Below are positions 26,343-35,737 of a stretch of DNA of 41,536 bases, piece after piece. Below the pieces are notes generated by a model. That model was not told the origin of the DNA. It did not search any database and saw only the letters and a list, made by a program, of their open reading frames with translations. The stretch is from a plasmid. The first letter of the stretch is position 1. Each line of letters opens with the position of its first letter. The stretch lies in sequence record NZ_CP140119.1, one strand, 5' to 3'. Both the position numbers and the translations under genes were made by a program.

Positions 26343-27101
26343 CTACCATTGATGCGGTGTTTCGTTCCACGGTTTGGACCAATCCATACCGTCTTGTTTG
26401 TTCTCCCGAGGGCCAGAGATTACAGAATCATCAGCCGCGCGTTTCTGCTCCTCCTTCTCACTAGCGGTAGCCATGGTCGTCGCTGTCATTTGAAGATCGG
26501 TTTGCAGTAGTGTCTGAATTTTCTGCATTTGGCGTGTCGTCTGCGCTACCAGCTCGTTACCCGCCTGCGCTGCCTGCAAGGCACCAGTGGCACTGCTTGA
26601 ATGCCCCTGGAGGGTTTCAAGGGTGCGCTCGTCCTCCTGCTGCACCTTTGCCATTTCAGCTGCAACCTGCAAAGCGCTCTTGGCTGTGTCGCGCATAGTG
26701 TCACCCCACAACCGATACTGCTCGCTGACCTGCACTGGTGATGTGCCGTTCTGGGCCCATCCCTCATATCCCTGAAAACGGCGGTGCCATTCATCATTGA
26801 TATCTGCCAGGGAGAAGGCCAAGGAGTTCCCCTCCCGGGCCAAATCCCCCAATCGATTGATCTGGCGGATCGCATTCCCCCAGTCATGTTTTCCTATCGT
26901 TTTCAGGTTCTCCACCTGATAACCGATGGACTCAACTTGATGCTGGAGGCTTGTTACCTGGTGCACAACCCCCTCAACCTCCTTCACATAGGAAGCCGCA
27001 GCCTGAATGTTGGTCGCACAGTTGCTACAGAACAGCGCAAACGCTTGGGTGGGTAAGGCCAGACAGGCCGCAGTGGTAAGAAACTTAAAAGTATTGTTCA
27101 A
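26343..27101 (-). CDS. trbJ: T4SS protein TrbJ/VirB5
   Basis: Signal peptide and coiled-coil-rich body. Start proposed at the TTG at 27101: AAGGAG is 6 nt upstream and the product begins MNNTFKFLTTAACLALPTQAFA. This avoids a 134-nt overlap with trbE. Confidence 0.75.
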   Translation of the reverse strand: MNNTFKFLTTAACLALPTQAFALFCSNCATNIQAAASYVKEVEGVVHQVTSLQHQVESIGYQVENLKTIGKHDWGNAIRQINRLGDLAREGNSLAFSLADINDEWHRRFQGYEGWAQNGTSPVQVSEQYRLWGDTMRDTAKSALQVAAEMAKVQQEDERTLETLQGHSSSATGALQAAQAGNELVAQTTRQMQKIQTLLQTDLQMTATTMATASEKEEQKRAADDSVISGPRENKQDGMDWSKPWNETPHQW

Positions 27102-29514
27102 TTGAAACTCCTTTTGTCTCAAGCCAATCCACGTACCAACTCTCCCCATTTTCATCAATACATTGACGAAGATCGCGCAACTCGGCTTTGTCAGACACCC
27201 CGACAAATGCCAGCTCAAGGGGGCTCAATGACAGGTCCATCAGGCGGTTGCCAATAGGACTGGTCACGTAGTATTGGCGCTTTTGCCTTGCTTCATTAAT
27301 GAGGGTAATTTGACGATGATTGAGGCCGAATGACTGGTATATCGGCAGAATGTTTTCCTGGGTTGCCTTGGGGTTCGGCAAAAAAATCGTCGTCGGGCAC
27401 GACTCGACCAGCACATCCAACATGCCGCTTTTCACCGCATCCGACAGTGATTGAGTTGCCAGGATCACAATGCAGTTGGCTTTCCTCAGTACCTTGAGCC
27501 ATTCCAGGATCATCGCCCTGAACACCGGATGAGAAAGTGCCATCCAGGCTTCATCTATCACGATGACAGCCGGCTGTCCTGTGAGACTCCGTTCAATCTT
27601 GCGAAACAGGTAGAGCAAAACCGGGATCAGGTCTTTCTCACCACGTTTCATCAGCTCTTCGAGTTCATATACCTGTAAATGGGTCAGGTGTATGTCATCC
27701 TCAGTGCCATCGAGCAGGTCCCCGCCCCGATTGCCCATCGTGTAGTAAGCCAGCGCTTCCTTGATGAGGTCGTTTTGCACCTGCACCACGAAATCTGTCA
27801 TCGTCGGGGATCCCCCACCCCGTAGGCGCGTCAAAGCCGCATGGATCTCGGTGCGCATCGGCGGGTCAACGACCACATCATGCAGCAACAGCAACTTTTC
27901 CAGGTACTCAGCACACCAGGCAAAGTCATTGTCGAGATCGGCCAGTGGAGCAAAGCAAGGGCTAGTGCTCCCCAGGCTTTCATCCATGTTTCCAATCTCG
28001 AAGTGCACGCCGCCGCATTGGGATACCGCATACATCGATCGCCCCTTATCAAAGGCGAACACATTGGCCCCTGGGTAGCGCATAAACTGGGAAACCAGCA
28101 TGGCAAGCAAGGTGGACTTACCAGACCCAGGAGGTCCGAAAATCAGGGTATGCCCCAGGTCGGACACATGGAGGTTCAGCCTGAACGGAGCATGTCCCTC
28201 AGCAGTGCAATACATCAGCGCCGGCGAACGCGGCGGATAGAACGGGCACGGGTTGAACTTCTCCCCAGCCCATATGCTCGACAACGGCAGCATATGGGAC
28301 AAGTTTTGCGTGCTCAGCAAGGGGCGGCGAACGTTGTGCAGTGAGTCACCCGGCAAAGACCCCAAAAACGCCTCAGTGGCGTTTACTGTCTCGATCCGGC
28401 AGGAGAACCCCATCAGGTTACGCAGCACCTTTGCAACCTCCTCAGCATCCGCTTCCAAGGTTGCAATGTCGGTGTGTCTGACAAGCACCACAGCCGTGTA
28501 ATGGCCGTATTTCACATCCCCCCGTGAAGCCGCCGTGATGGCTGCCTCGTATTGCCCCACCATGTCCAAGGCATCCTCATCGACCTTGGGATTCGGGTTG
28601 CGCAACAACTTGTCCTTAAAAGAAACAACCTTCTGCTTCCACTTTTTCTGCTCTTTCTCAAGAAGCGCAATGGCCTCAGTGGAGTCATAAAAACAAAAGC
28701 GTGTTGACCAGCGGTATTCCACATTCAGATAGTTCAGCGCCATCAACATATTGGGACTGGAGTGGTTCGGAAAACCATCCAGGGTGATACAGCTGATGTA
28801 CTCCTTGTCGAGCTTGGGGCTCATGCCTACCCAAAAGTCGTAGTTCCCGATCAGGTTGTCCAAAAACATCGGGGTTTCTGGCAATGTCACCGGGTGATAC
28901 GCGCCGAGTACCGCGCTATTAAGGTGGGCCAGTAACTCACACTGCCAGATTTCCCCTACCTTCACCGCCCGCAAGCGCCTCACCGGCACAACTTCCCCCA
29001 ACCGCCCTTCAAGATCACGCAGTTTCTCATTGAAGCGTTGCAAGTTTCGCTGGGCAGCACTGCCCCGCGTCACACCATCTTGTTCAAAAACCCATTGGGT
29101 CAACTTGGAGAGACTTTTGGATGGAGGCAAGTAAGTCACTGTCAGCGTGCATACAGTTTCAAACTTATCGCTGTCACCGGAGAAGAAAGCCCGTCGCCGC
29201 TCATCAATCGCAGCAAATACCGGATGAGGAAAGTGCGAATCCTCCCGATCACTGTATGCAGCAACTTTCCGCCGCACGGCGTCAACATGAGTCATGTAAC
29301 CCGTGCCGAGCGATGACAAAGCCTGGTTGATTTTCCTGGACAGACGATTGCGCTCATCTGGCGTCGCACTAGATACATCCATGCCATGAAAGGAAAAAGC
29401 GGCCAAAAAAGAACCGTCTTTATTTAGCACTACCCCATCATCTACCAGGGCGGCATAATTCAGCAGCTCAGATATATCATGCGACTTATCGTGAGCGGCG
29501 CGAAGATTTTGCAT
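27085..29514 (-). CDS. trbE: T4SS ATPase TrbE/VirB4
   Basis: Walker A GPPGSGKST and Walker B VIVIDEAW. About 800 aa. Confidence 0.9.
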   Translation of the reverse strand: MQNLRAAHDKSHDISELLNYAALVDDGVVLNKDGSFLAAFSFHGMDVSSATPDERNRLSRKINQALSSLGTGYMTHVDAVRRKVAAYSDREDSHFPHPVFAAIDERRRAFFSGDSDKFETVCTLTVTYLPPSKSLSKLTQWVFEQDGVTRGSAAQRNLQRFNEKLRDLEGRLGEVVPVRRLRAVKVGEIWQCELLAHLNSAVLGAYHPVTLPETPMFLDNLIGNYDFWVGMSPKLDKEYISCITLDGFPNHSSPNMLMALNYLNVEYRWSTRFCFYDSTEAIALLEKEQKKWKQKVVSFKDKLLRNPNPKVDEDALDMVGQYEAAITAASRGDVKYGHYTAVVLVRHTDIATLEADAEEVAKVLRNLMGFSCRIETVNATEAFLGSLPGDSLHNVRRPLLSTQNLSHMLPLSSIWAGEKFNPCPFYPPRSPALMYCTAEGHAPFRLNLHVSDLGHTLIFGPPGSGKSTLLAMLVSQFMRYPGANVFAFDKGRSMYAVSQCGGVHFEIGNMDESLGSTSPCFAPLADLDNDFAWCAEYLEKLLLLHDVVVDPPMRTEIHAALTRLRGGGSPTMTDFVVQVQNDLIKEALAYYTMGNRGGDLLDGTEDDIHLTHLQVYELEELMKRGEKDLIPVLLYLFRKIERSLTGQPAVIVIDEAWMALSHPVFRAMILEWLKVLRKANCIVILATQSLSDAVKSGMLDVLVESCPTTIFLPNPKATQENILPIYQSFGLNHRQITLINEARQKRQYYVTSPIGNRLMDLSLSPLELAFVGVSDKAELRDLRQCIDENGESWYVDWLETKGVSIEQYF

Positions 29515-29803
29515 GGTCCCACTCCATTAATTTCATGCCATGGGCTGGATAGAATTTTTGATATTGCGAATACCGGCTATAAACCACTGATAAAACCGGG
29601 TCGTGACGTGCCATGTACCGATATAACGGCATCAGCAATCCCCACAGACAAACCCCAGTAATGGCAGCGACCTTATCTTGCAGTATGACGACCAAGATCA
29701 AAGACAACGTGGCAGTTGCCAGCACCAAAGAACGCTCGCCCCCCAAAAATAAATGCCCCCTGTTGAATCTGAAAATTCGCACCGTTTCTAATGGTTCAGA
29801 CAT
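29486..29803 (-). CDS. trbD: T4SS protein TrbD/VirB3
   Basis: About 100 aa with two TM segments. Overlaps the trbE start. Confidence 0.7.
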   Translation of the reverse strand: MSEPLETVRIFRFNRGHLFLGGERSLVLATATLSLILVVILQDKVAAITGVCLWGLLMPLYRYMARHDPVLSVVYSRYSQYQKFYPAHGMKLMEWDHAKSSRRSR

Positions 29804-29818
29804 ATCACGACCCTTTGA

Positions 29819-30172
29819 TTAGACTACCAAAACGGCTGCCACGTCAGACAAGGCTATTAAGCTGCCAGAAACACCAAAAATGGCGCTAAGCGCATTGGTG
29901 GCAAACACGATCAGCGCAATAACCAACGCTAAAATAACCAGCTTTTGAATGAAGCCATCAAGCTGCCCACCGAACGCCAGCGCTATACCAGCACTCGCAA
30001 TAGCCAGGACTGAGATACCAAAGGCCACAGGGCCGGTGATAGAGTCCACAACCTTGGATAGCGGACCTTCCCAGGGCATTCCCGACGAAGACGACGCCCA
30101 AGCCAACTCAGGCAGCAACATCAACATGCCCAGCATTAGTGGAGCTACCAAGCGATTCGACATAACTTTCAT
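29819..30172 (-). CDS. trbC: T4SS pilin TrbC/VirB2
   Basis: Start at the ATG at 30172 after AAGAGGAA (the listed ORF begins at an upstream TTG). Signal peptide followed by two hydrophobic helices. Confidence 0.75.
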   Translation of the reverse strand: MKVMSNRLVAPLMLGMLMLLPELAWASSSSGMPWEGPLSKVVDSITGPVAFGISVLAIASAGIALAFGGQLDGFIQKLVILALVIALIVFATNALSAIFGVSGSLIALSDVAAVLVV

Positions 30173-30529
30173 ACACAACGTTCCTCTTATTGGATTTAAC
30201 GGAATACGCCCGAAAGACAGACGTATTCGGTTAAAAACATATCCAAGCCCCTTAAATAGGGGCTTGGATATACCGCCTTGCAAAAAGCGGCAATCGCCTC
30301 ATCCAGCCACCCATTCCGGATTTAACGGGCTAGGGCGGAGCTATCTGGAAATAGCTTTCGTGCGAGGCTTCCATATCCAAATTATTAAAGAGCGGGTGAA
30401 TACAGCCCAACCAGAAAAATTGATTAACAAATTTCAGGCAAAGCGAACCCCTGCGCAAACGCGCATGACATTTTCAAACAAAAATCAATATTTATTAAAG
30501 GCGAGGAACCTCACCTTAAAATGGAAAAA

Positions 30530-30811
30530 CTATCGCTTTTTTTCATCCATGAATCGGCAACGCTCAGCCCGATTTTCACACCACATACGATTTGTACTGG
30601 CAAGGGCAAAAGTTTGAGCCTCAATCCACAAAATAGCGGCTAATTTGAACTCTTTAGCTCGCTCCAGGTTCGCCGCTTGGCCTGCGATTTCTAGATATTT
30701 TTCTTTACTCACAAATTCACCTATCACTTGGTGGGAAATAGCTCTGATCGAGCCAATTACTTTCAGGAAAGATACAATCAGCACCGGTTTATTCAAAGGT
30801 GCATTTTGCAC
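30530..30811 (-). CDS. Hypothetical small protein
   Basis: ORF only. No motif recognised. Confidence 0.25.
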   Translation of the reverse strand: MQNAPLNKPVLIVSFLKVIGSIRAISHQVIGEFVSKEKYLEIAGQAANLERAKEFKLAAILWIEAQTFALASTNRMWCENRAERCRFMDEKKR

Positions 30812-31001
30812 CTTGTATAAACGTCGCAGAATATGATAGGTACATGTGTAATGATAAGAGGGTAATTAACGGGACAAAAAACAAGCTGGGTTGTTATTAA
30901 ATAATTAAAGAACAGCCCCAAGGTATCTTTAAAGACTAATGCCCAGCTCGTCAAGGACGAACTGGGCATCAGCACCATATCAGTGCTACCAATTGAGCGG
31001 A

Positions 31002-31268
31002 TTATTGGTCCAGTAAATCGAGAAGGGAAAAGTAAAGCCTCGTGTGTACAACCGTCCTAATCGCCGGCAGGGAATTTAAGTCTAGGATCTTCGCGGCCTT
31101 ATTGAGCATTCCTGACACCTGCCTTCTAGACGGATGACCATCCACCCCTATGATATCAGCTTGAGTAGCACCAGCTGCATATTGCATAACAACCCCTGCT
31201 AGCTCTTCTGGCAGCTCAGGGAACAGCTTTTTGAAGCGTTGGATTTGAGTGGGACTCAGCGTGTTCAT
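31002..31268 (-). CDS. Small LuxR/GerE-type HTH regulator (88 aa)
   Basis: ATG at 31268 after AGGAGGTGTCCA. LPEELAGVVMQYAAGATQADIIGVDGHPSRRQVSGMLNKAAKIL fits the LuxR-type HTH pattern. The palindrome AACGCTAACATAGCGTT lies upstream. Confidence 0.5.
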   Translation of the reverse strand: MNTLSPTQIQRFKKLFPELPEELAGVVMQYAAGATQADIIGVDGHPSRRQVSGMLNKAAKILDLNSLPAIRTVVHTRLYFSLLDLLDQ

Positions 31269-31511
31269 TGGACACCTCCTTTTTGATTTATAGGGGCGCC
31301 ATTCTGAGGGGTCACGACACGAATGATGGCGAGTCGTTGACGGGTGCTGAGGACTTTTGACAAGCAGGCGAACGCTAACATAGCGTTTGGGTGGCGTGAC
31401 GCTTCTAAAACGCGCACACACAGGGTACTATTTTCCATAGCTCACTCCTTGGGTAGTACAAGGTTTGGGTTAGCTGGCTGCGAGAGGGCTCAAGCTCTCG
31501 CAGTCAGCGCT

Positions 31512-32375
31512 TCATTTCTTCACATTGGCTAAACCATTTTCATCAATCCAACAAGTCCACTCTGTCGCTATAGACAAATCCGACAACGCCTTTTTTAACA
31601 TTCTCTTAAACTCTTTCAAGTCAGCCTCACTACCACATAACCTTTTTAACGTCTCAACCTTGTAGGGATGTGGCGATGAATGCGTAGAATAAAATCCATG
31701 AAGCCATTGAGATAATGTCTTTCCTTTAAGCTGCCTACGTTTATCTAAATCCAGTCCAGTCCATAGCTCGCTTGAAAAAAAAGAAAGAATTTTAGGGTTG
31801 AGAGTAAGTACATATTCACCCTCAACCTCATTTCTATAATAATCATTAATCAAATGACCGTTATAAAAATGCCGACCATCACCGAGCTCAATTAAACATG
31901 CTGATAGCCTTGTCAAACTATTCCTAAGCCACTCCCTATCGGATTTTCCAGTGTTCCTCCCTAGATGCTTTAAAAAACTGTACATGGAGAAATACACTTG
32001 AGTACCAGCCGGAGCCTTTTTTAAAAACTGCAAGCATCCAAGCCATACATCCAAATCAGATTGGTCCAGCTGCTGCCCCGTAAATTTCACGGTGATACCA
32101 TTTACCGCCGCCTTCAAAACCCTCTGCTCATACTTCCTTGCTCCTTTGGCTACAATGCCAAAAAGAGCGCTACGCAATATCGCATTCGGGACAGGTCTTT
32201 TCCCTTCCGCGCAGGCTGGTAATTCAGTCGGGATGGATATAGGTTCATCGGGATCAATCGCCTCCTCCCCGTTCTCCTCCAACCTCTTTCTCAGTTCGAC
32301 GGCATCCTTGAACGAAGTGATTTCACCGGAAAGCACTTTGCTTTGTACATGCTCCATGATATCGGCTGCTGACAT
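31512..32375 (-). CDS. rep: Iteron-type plasmid replication initiator (TrfA/RepA-like)
   Basis: 287 aa. Lies immediately downstream of an iteron array and an AT-rich DUE. Family assignment is from context, not a diagnostic motif. Confidence 0.6.
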   Translation of the reverse strand: MSAADIMEHVQSKVLSGEITSFKDAVELRKRLEENGEEAIDPDEPISIPTELPACAEGKRPVPNAILRSALFGIVAKGARKYEQRVLKAAVNGITVKFTGQQLDQSDLDVWLGCLQFLKKAPAGTQVYFSMYSFLKHLGRNTGKSDREWLRNSLTRLSACLIELGDGRHFYNGHLINDYYRNEVEGEYVLTLNPKILSFFSSELWTGLDLDKRRQLKGKTLSQWLHGFYSTHSSPHPYKVETLKRLCGSEADLKEFKRMLKKALSDLSIATEWTCWIDENGLANVKK

Positions 32376-32388
32376 ACCTGGATCCTTG

Positions 32389-32571
32389 TTAACTTAAACT
32401 CCCAGACGCTTTTTCAACAAATAGACGAACCGTGTCTTTAGACACTTTTATCCCCTGTTCATCCAACCAATCCGCCAGCTGCTGATAAGAAAAGCCTTTG
32501 GCCCTCATATCAACTAATACATCTTGATGTGGTTGCATCAAGACTCTTTTCCTACCACGGGGTATATTCAC
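32389..32571 (-). CDS. Small HTH protein upstream of rep
   Basis: 60 aa. GFSYQQLADWLDEQGIKVSKDTVRLFV is an HTH. Separated from rep by 13 nt. Confidence 0.45.
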   Translation of the reverse strand: MNIPRGRKRVLMQPHQDVLVDMRAKGFSYQQLADWLDEQGIKVSKDTVRLFVEKASGSLS

Positions 32572-32682
32572 AGCACCTCCAACTTCTCAACATGCCTCAT
32601 CCTATCAACCTCAGATGATTGAAACAAGTCAAATAAGTCATTCAGTTCATTTAGTTCAATCCGGTCATCCTACTGCTGATCA

Positions 32683-32960
32683 CTTGGTGGGGGTCATCGC
32701 CAGCGCCCCATTGAACATGGGGGGGATAGCACCCACCGAATACAGGCAACCTATCTCACTTTGAGGGGATAGCGCCCACCAAAATGAGGGGATGGCACCC
32801 ACCATGACAGGGGATAGCGCCCACCAAAATGAGGGGATGGCACCCACCATGACAGGGGATAGCGCCCACCATGACAGGGGATAGCGCCCACCATGACAGG
32901 GGATAGCACCCACCGCGACAGGGGATAGCACCCACCACGACCGGGGGATAGCACCCACCA
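32683..32960. repeat. Iteron array: about 10 tandem 22-bp repeats (consensus GGGGATAGCGCCCACCATGACA) plus one inverted degenerate copy at 32683-32700
   Basis: Read directly from the sequence. The units are contiguous with no unique spacers. Confidence 0.85.
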
Positions 32961-33120
32961 AGGAAAATTAAAAATGACAGTAAGGCATTGTTATTAATGA
33001 ATAAAATCAGGAGTGTGGTTTTTACTAATCTTGATCTTTAATCTTGATCTTTAATCTTCATTTTTAATCAGAAAGATCTAATAAAAAAGAAAAGATCCTT
33101 CCTCGATAAATGATCTTAAG
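32961..33120. promoter_or_regulatory. AT-rich DNA-unwinding element with GATC-containing 13-mer-like repeats (TTGATCTTTAATC x2, AGATCTAAT, GATCTTAAGATCC)
   Basis: Read directly from the sequence. Adjacent to the iterons, consistent with an oriV. Confidence 0.55.
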
Positions 33121-33371
33121 ATCCAAGAGCACCCCCTGCCGCACCCACTTCGTGGGCTTGTCTGCTGGCTTGTTCGTTGGGTCAAAAGGATGACCCTCCT
33201 CAAAGCCCAGCCTCTACTTGCTTCATTCTTGATTCCTCAATCGCGTTCTATTGCGTTTTAAGGCAGTTTCCCATGGGACGGGGGCGGGACAGGTAACTAA
33301 ATTGCTTACAGCGCGATCCAGGCAGCTTTACAGGATCCAAAAAGGATCTTCCCTCTCCTCACCTCATAAAT

Positions 33372-33421
33372 TAGGCGTTTTTCGCCTAAAAAGGCTTGAT
33401 GATTAGGCGGTTTTCGCCTAA
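33372..33421. repeat. Two copies of the palindrome TTAGGCG(N5)CGCCTAA
   Basis: 33372-33390 and 33402-33421. Upstream of the 33497 gene. Confidence 0.5.
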
Positions 33422-33496
33422 TATGTAGCTAACGGTGGCACACAGAAAGCCACTCGAATTCTGAGGCGGCTAGTTGATGCCACCGATGGAAACGAG

Positions 33497-33784
33497 ATGA
33501 GACTGAGTGATGTAGCGACCATCAAGACCCACTATCCCGAGGCTGATTTCTGGCTAGTGCGTCGAGGCTCTTTAAAAACCTGCGGCCAGCCCACACGGGA
33601 ATATAACCCCGAACACATCGGCGTAAAGGTCACTCGAACGGACATCCTCCTGCCGGATTACCTCTACTACTGCATGATGTGGCTTCACCAGTCGAAACGC
33701 TGGGAGGCGCTGGCCACGGGCACATTGAGCCTGGTCAATATCAAGGTCTCTGACGTTCGAACCATCGAGCTGTCACCGAGATAA
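33497..33784 (+). CDS. Small protein with HsdS target-recognition-domain-like motifs
   Basis: LVRRGSLKTCG resembles the SR(T)GS-GK motif, and the C-terminal ATGTLSLVNIKVSDVRTIELSP resembles the GST...L....IPLPP end of type I S-subunit TRDs. Only 95 aa. Confidence 0.4.
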   Translation: MRLSDVATIKTHYPEADFWLVRRGSLKTCGQPTREYNPEHIGVKVTRTDILLPDYLYYCMMWLHQSKRWEALATGTLSLVNIKVSDVRTIELSPR

Positions 33785-33832
33785 ACACCGGGGGCGAACG
33801 CCCCCGGCATATCGGCCAGCAAAGGAGAGAGT

Positions 33833-34255
33833 ATGAAAATCGAGTTACCTGGTATCGCCGAGCAACAGCTGTTTGTGTTCAAGGCAGCCCAGCAAGAGGC
33901 CATCGAGACCATGAAGAAGAACAGCGAGGCCAAGGTGATGGCCGCCCCTTTGTCGGTGGATGAGGCCGACTACCCCCGCACCCATTTGCTGCGCGAGCGG
34001 GAGGGGTGGGAGCCGCCGCACAAGGATTTGGTGGCGGCCTACTTTCAGCAGTTCAAGGAGCTGTTTGGTTATGGCTCTGACAAGGAAATTGCCGATCTGC
34101 TGGGATTGTCGAGTGATCGGCGGGTGCGGGAGTTCAAGCAAGGAAAGTGCACCGTTCCATATGGAGTATGGCGCCGCTTCCTTGTGATGACCGGTCGTGC
34201 CCCACAAGAGATAATCCCCGTTCTTGGGGTTGTTATCAGCACACCCCAAATGTGA
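33833..34255 (+). CDS. Hypothetical protein (140 aa)
   Basis: ORF with a downstream terminator hairpin. No motif recognised. Confidence 0.45.
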   Translation: MKIELPGIAEQQLFVFKAAQQEAIETMKKNSEAKVMAAPLSVDEADYPRTHLLREREGWEPPHKDLVAAYFQQFKELFGYGSDKEIADLLGLSSDRRVREFKQGKCTVPYGVWRRFLVMTGRAPQEIIPVLGVVISTPQM

Positions 34256-34281
34256 GGCTGCACGGCCTCACATTTGGTTGT
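34243..34281. terminator. Bidirectional terminator hairpin AAATGTGAGGC-TGCAC-GGCCTCACATTT followed by a T-rich tract
   Basis: Lies between the convergent genes at 33833-34255 (+) and 34357-34641 (-). Confidence 0.55.
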
Positions 34282-34356
34282 TTATCTGCCTGGCGACCAA
34301 AAATAAAATAGCCGCTACGAGAGCGGCAATGATCATTGTTCATGCGTGACGTTTGG

Positions 34357-34641
34357 CTACGTTATGTCTTTTATGGCTTCAATGAGCTTTCCTGTGTTAA
34401 TGCTCTTTCGCATATGGATCAGTCCACGCATCAACTTTGCCGCTGTCAGCTTCTTTTTGGTTAGTCCCTGTAGTTCTTCAACCCACAGGTTCAATTCAGC
34501 CCGTTCATCCGGGGTCAGCCTGATCGGGGTCGGCGATGTGCCGGTGGTTACGTTACGCCGGCTGCCGACCGTGGTTATTCTATCCGGTCGTTGACTTTCC
34601 TTCCGTCTTGCCAGCGCGGAACTTCCTTCAAGTTTTGACAT
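34357..34641 (-). CDS. Small centromere-binding partition protein (ParB/ParG-type, Ib system)
   Basis: 94 aa. Immediately downstream of parA, 5-nt gap. Basic N-terminus. Confidence 0.55.
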   Translation of the reverse strand: MSKLEGSSALARRKESQRPDRITTVGSRRNVTTGTSPTPIRLTPDERAELNLWVEELQGLTKKKLTAAKLMRGLIHMRKSINTGKLIEAIKDIT

Positions 34642-34646
34642 TTGTA

Positions 34647-35459
34647 TTACCTTTGTAATTCATTAATCTTATTTAAGACTTCCGTGGCAAGCTCTTTGTA
34701 GTCCATTGTCGCAAGCGCGCCGGGGCGGTAATATCGAAGTGGCATACCTGTTACGCTGGCCTGCCCAATGGATTCTTCCCGTCGAATGCAGGAGTTAAGC
34801 ACACCGCTTTTGCCGTTCGTTCCGACGCGATCCCGAAGTCCTTTCAGTTGCTCATCTAGGAACTCGTTAATCAGCTTATTTTGCTTGGCCCGCTCGTTCC
34901 TGAACGCAAAATAAGGGACGTTTTCTGTTTCCTTCACTTCTTCCAGGGCATCCAGTAGATCCGCTAAACCGTTGAGGCTAAATGACCCACCATCTACCGG
35001 GATCAAGAACATGTCGGCAGCCATCATTGCGTTGGTACTGGTCAGGCTGAGATTGGGGGGGCAGTCCAGCAGGATTATATCGAATTGGCCATCGAGCTTG
35101 TCCAGGTGGCGCATGAGGATCCGCTCGCGGTGTATCTGTGTAAGGCTTTGCTCGATGACTCTTGATAGGCGGATATCTGCCGGCACCAGGTAAAGATTAG
35201 GAATAGGCTCCTTATTGGCCTCTCCCTGGATAATTGTGGCCTGGATATCAACCCGCTTGGGCTTGTCGAACAAATCGGCAACCGTCATGTTGAATTCATA
35301 CCGTCCACCGGATAGGACTGTACTGAGGTTTCCCTGCGGGTCCAAATCGAACGCAAGCACTCGCTTTCCCAGTTCTGCAAAACGAGCCGCTAGGTTAATC
35401 ACTGTAGTGGTTTTACCGACCCCACCTTTCTGGTTTATCACTGCAATCGTTGTTGTCAT
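34647..35459 (-). CDS. parA: Partition ATPase ParA (Soj/MinD family)
   Basis: Deviant Walker A INQKGGVGKTT. 270 aa. Confidence 0.9.
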   Translation of the reverse strand: MTTTIAVINQKGGVGKTTTVINLAARFAELGKRVLAFDLDPQGNLSTVLSGGRYEFNMTVADLFDKPKRVDIQATIIQGEANKEPIPNLYLVPADIRLSRVIEQSLTQIHRERILMRHLDKLDGQFDIILLDCPPNLSLTSTNAMMAADMFLIPVDGGSFSLNGLADLLDALEEVKETENVPYFAFRNERAKQNKLINEFLDEQLKGLRDRVGTNGKSGVLNSCIRREESIGQASVTGMPLRYYRPGALATMDYKELATEVLNKINELQR

Positions 35460-35490
35460 TACCTTATCTCAATAGTTGAATAGGCTTTTG

Positions 35491-35737
35491 TGTAGTTCAA
35501 ATGTAGTACATTTATGATGGCCTTTCAATCTCTTTTTGTAGTTCAAATGTAATACATTTCATCTGGTTTCATCACGCTATATTGTATTGCATATGAAATA
35601 CATTTATACGAAATTATATGAAAGTATCTGGCCCGTTGTTGGCAAGGGAGAGAGGTGGGGGGGGGGGCGGTCACATCCTCAATAGCGGTCGGGTGTGAAC
35701 CTTATTTGGATGGTGGATTGTATTTCATATGAAATAC
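35491..35737. repeat. Centromere/operator-like repeats upstream of parA
   Basis: Direct repeats TGTAGTTCAAATGTA(G/A)TACATTT at 35491 and 35537. Palindrome GTATTTCATATGAAATAC at 35720, with a degenerate copy at 35584. A G11 tract at 35657-35667. Confidence 0.6.

Noticed and set aside
32683-32960. Possible CRISPR array
   Set aside because: The repeats are contiguous 22-mers with no unique spacers and no cas genes. The position next to rep and an AT-rich DUE identifies them as iterons.
32680-32961. Three overlapping minus-strand ORFs (93, 67, 60 aa) with repetitive GAIPCHGG / GGRYPLSWW peptides
   Set aside because: They are translations of the 22-bp iteron array in three frames, not genes.
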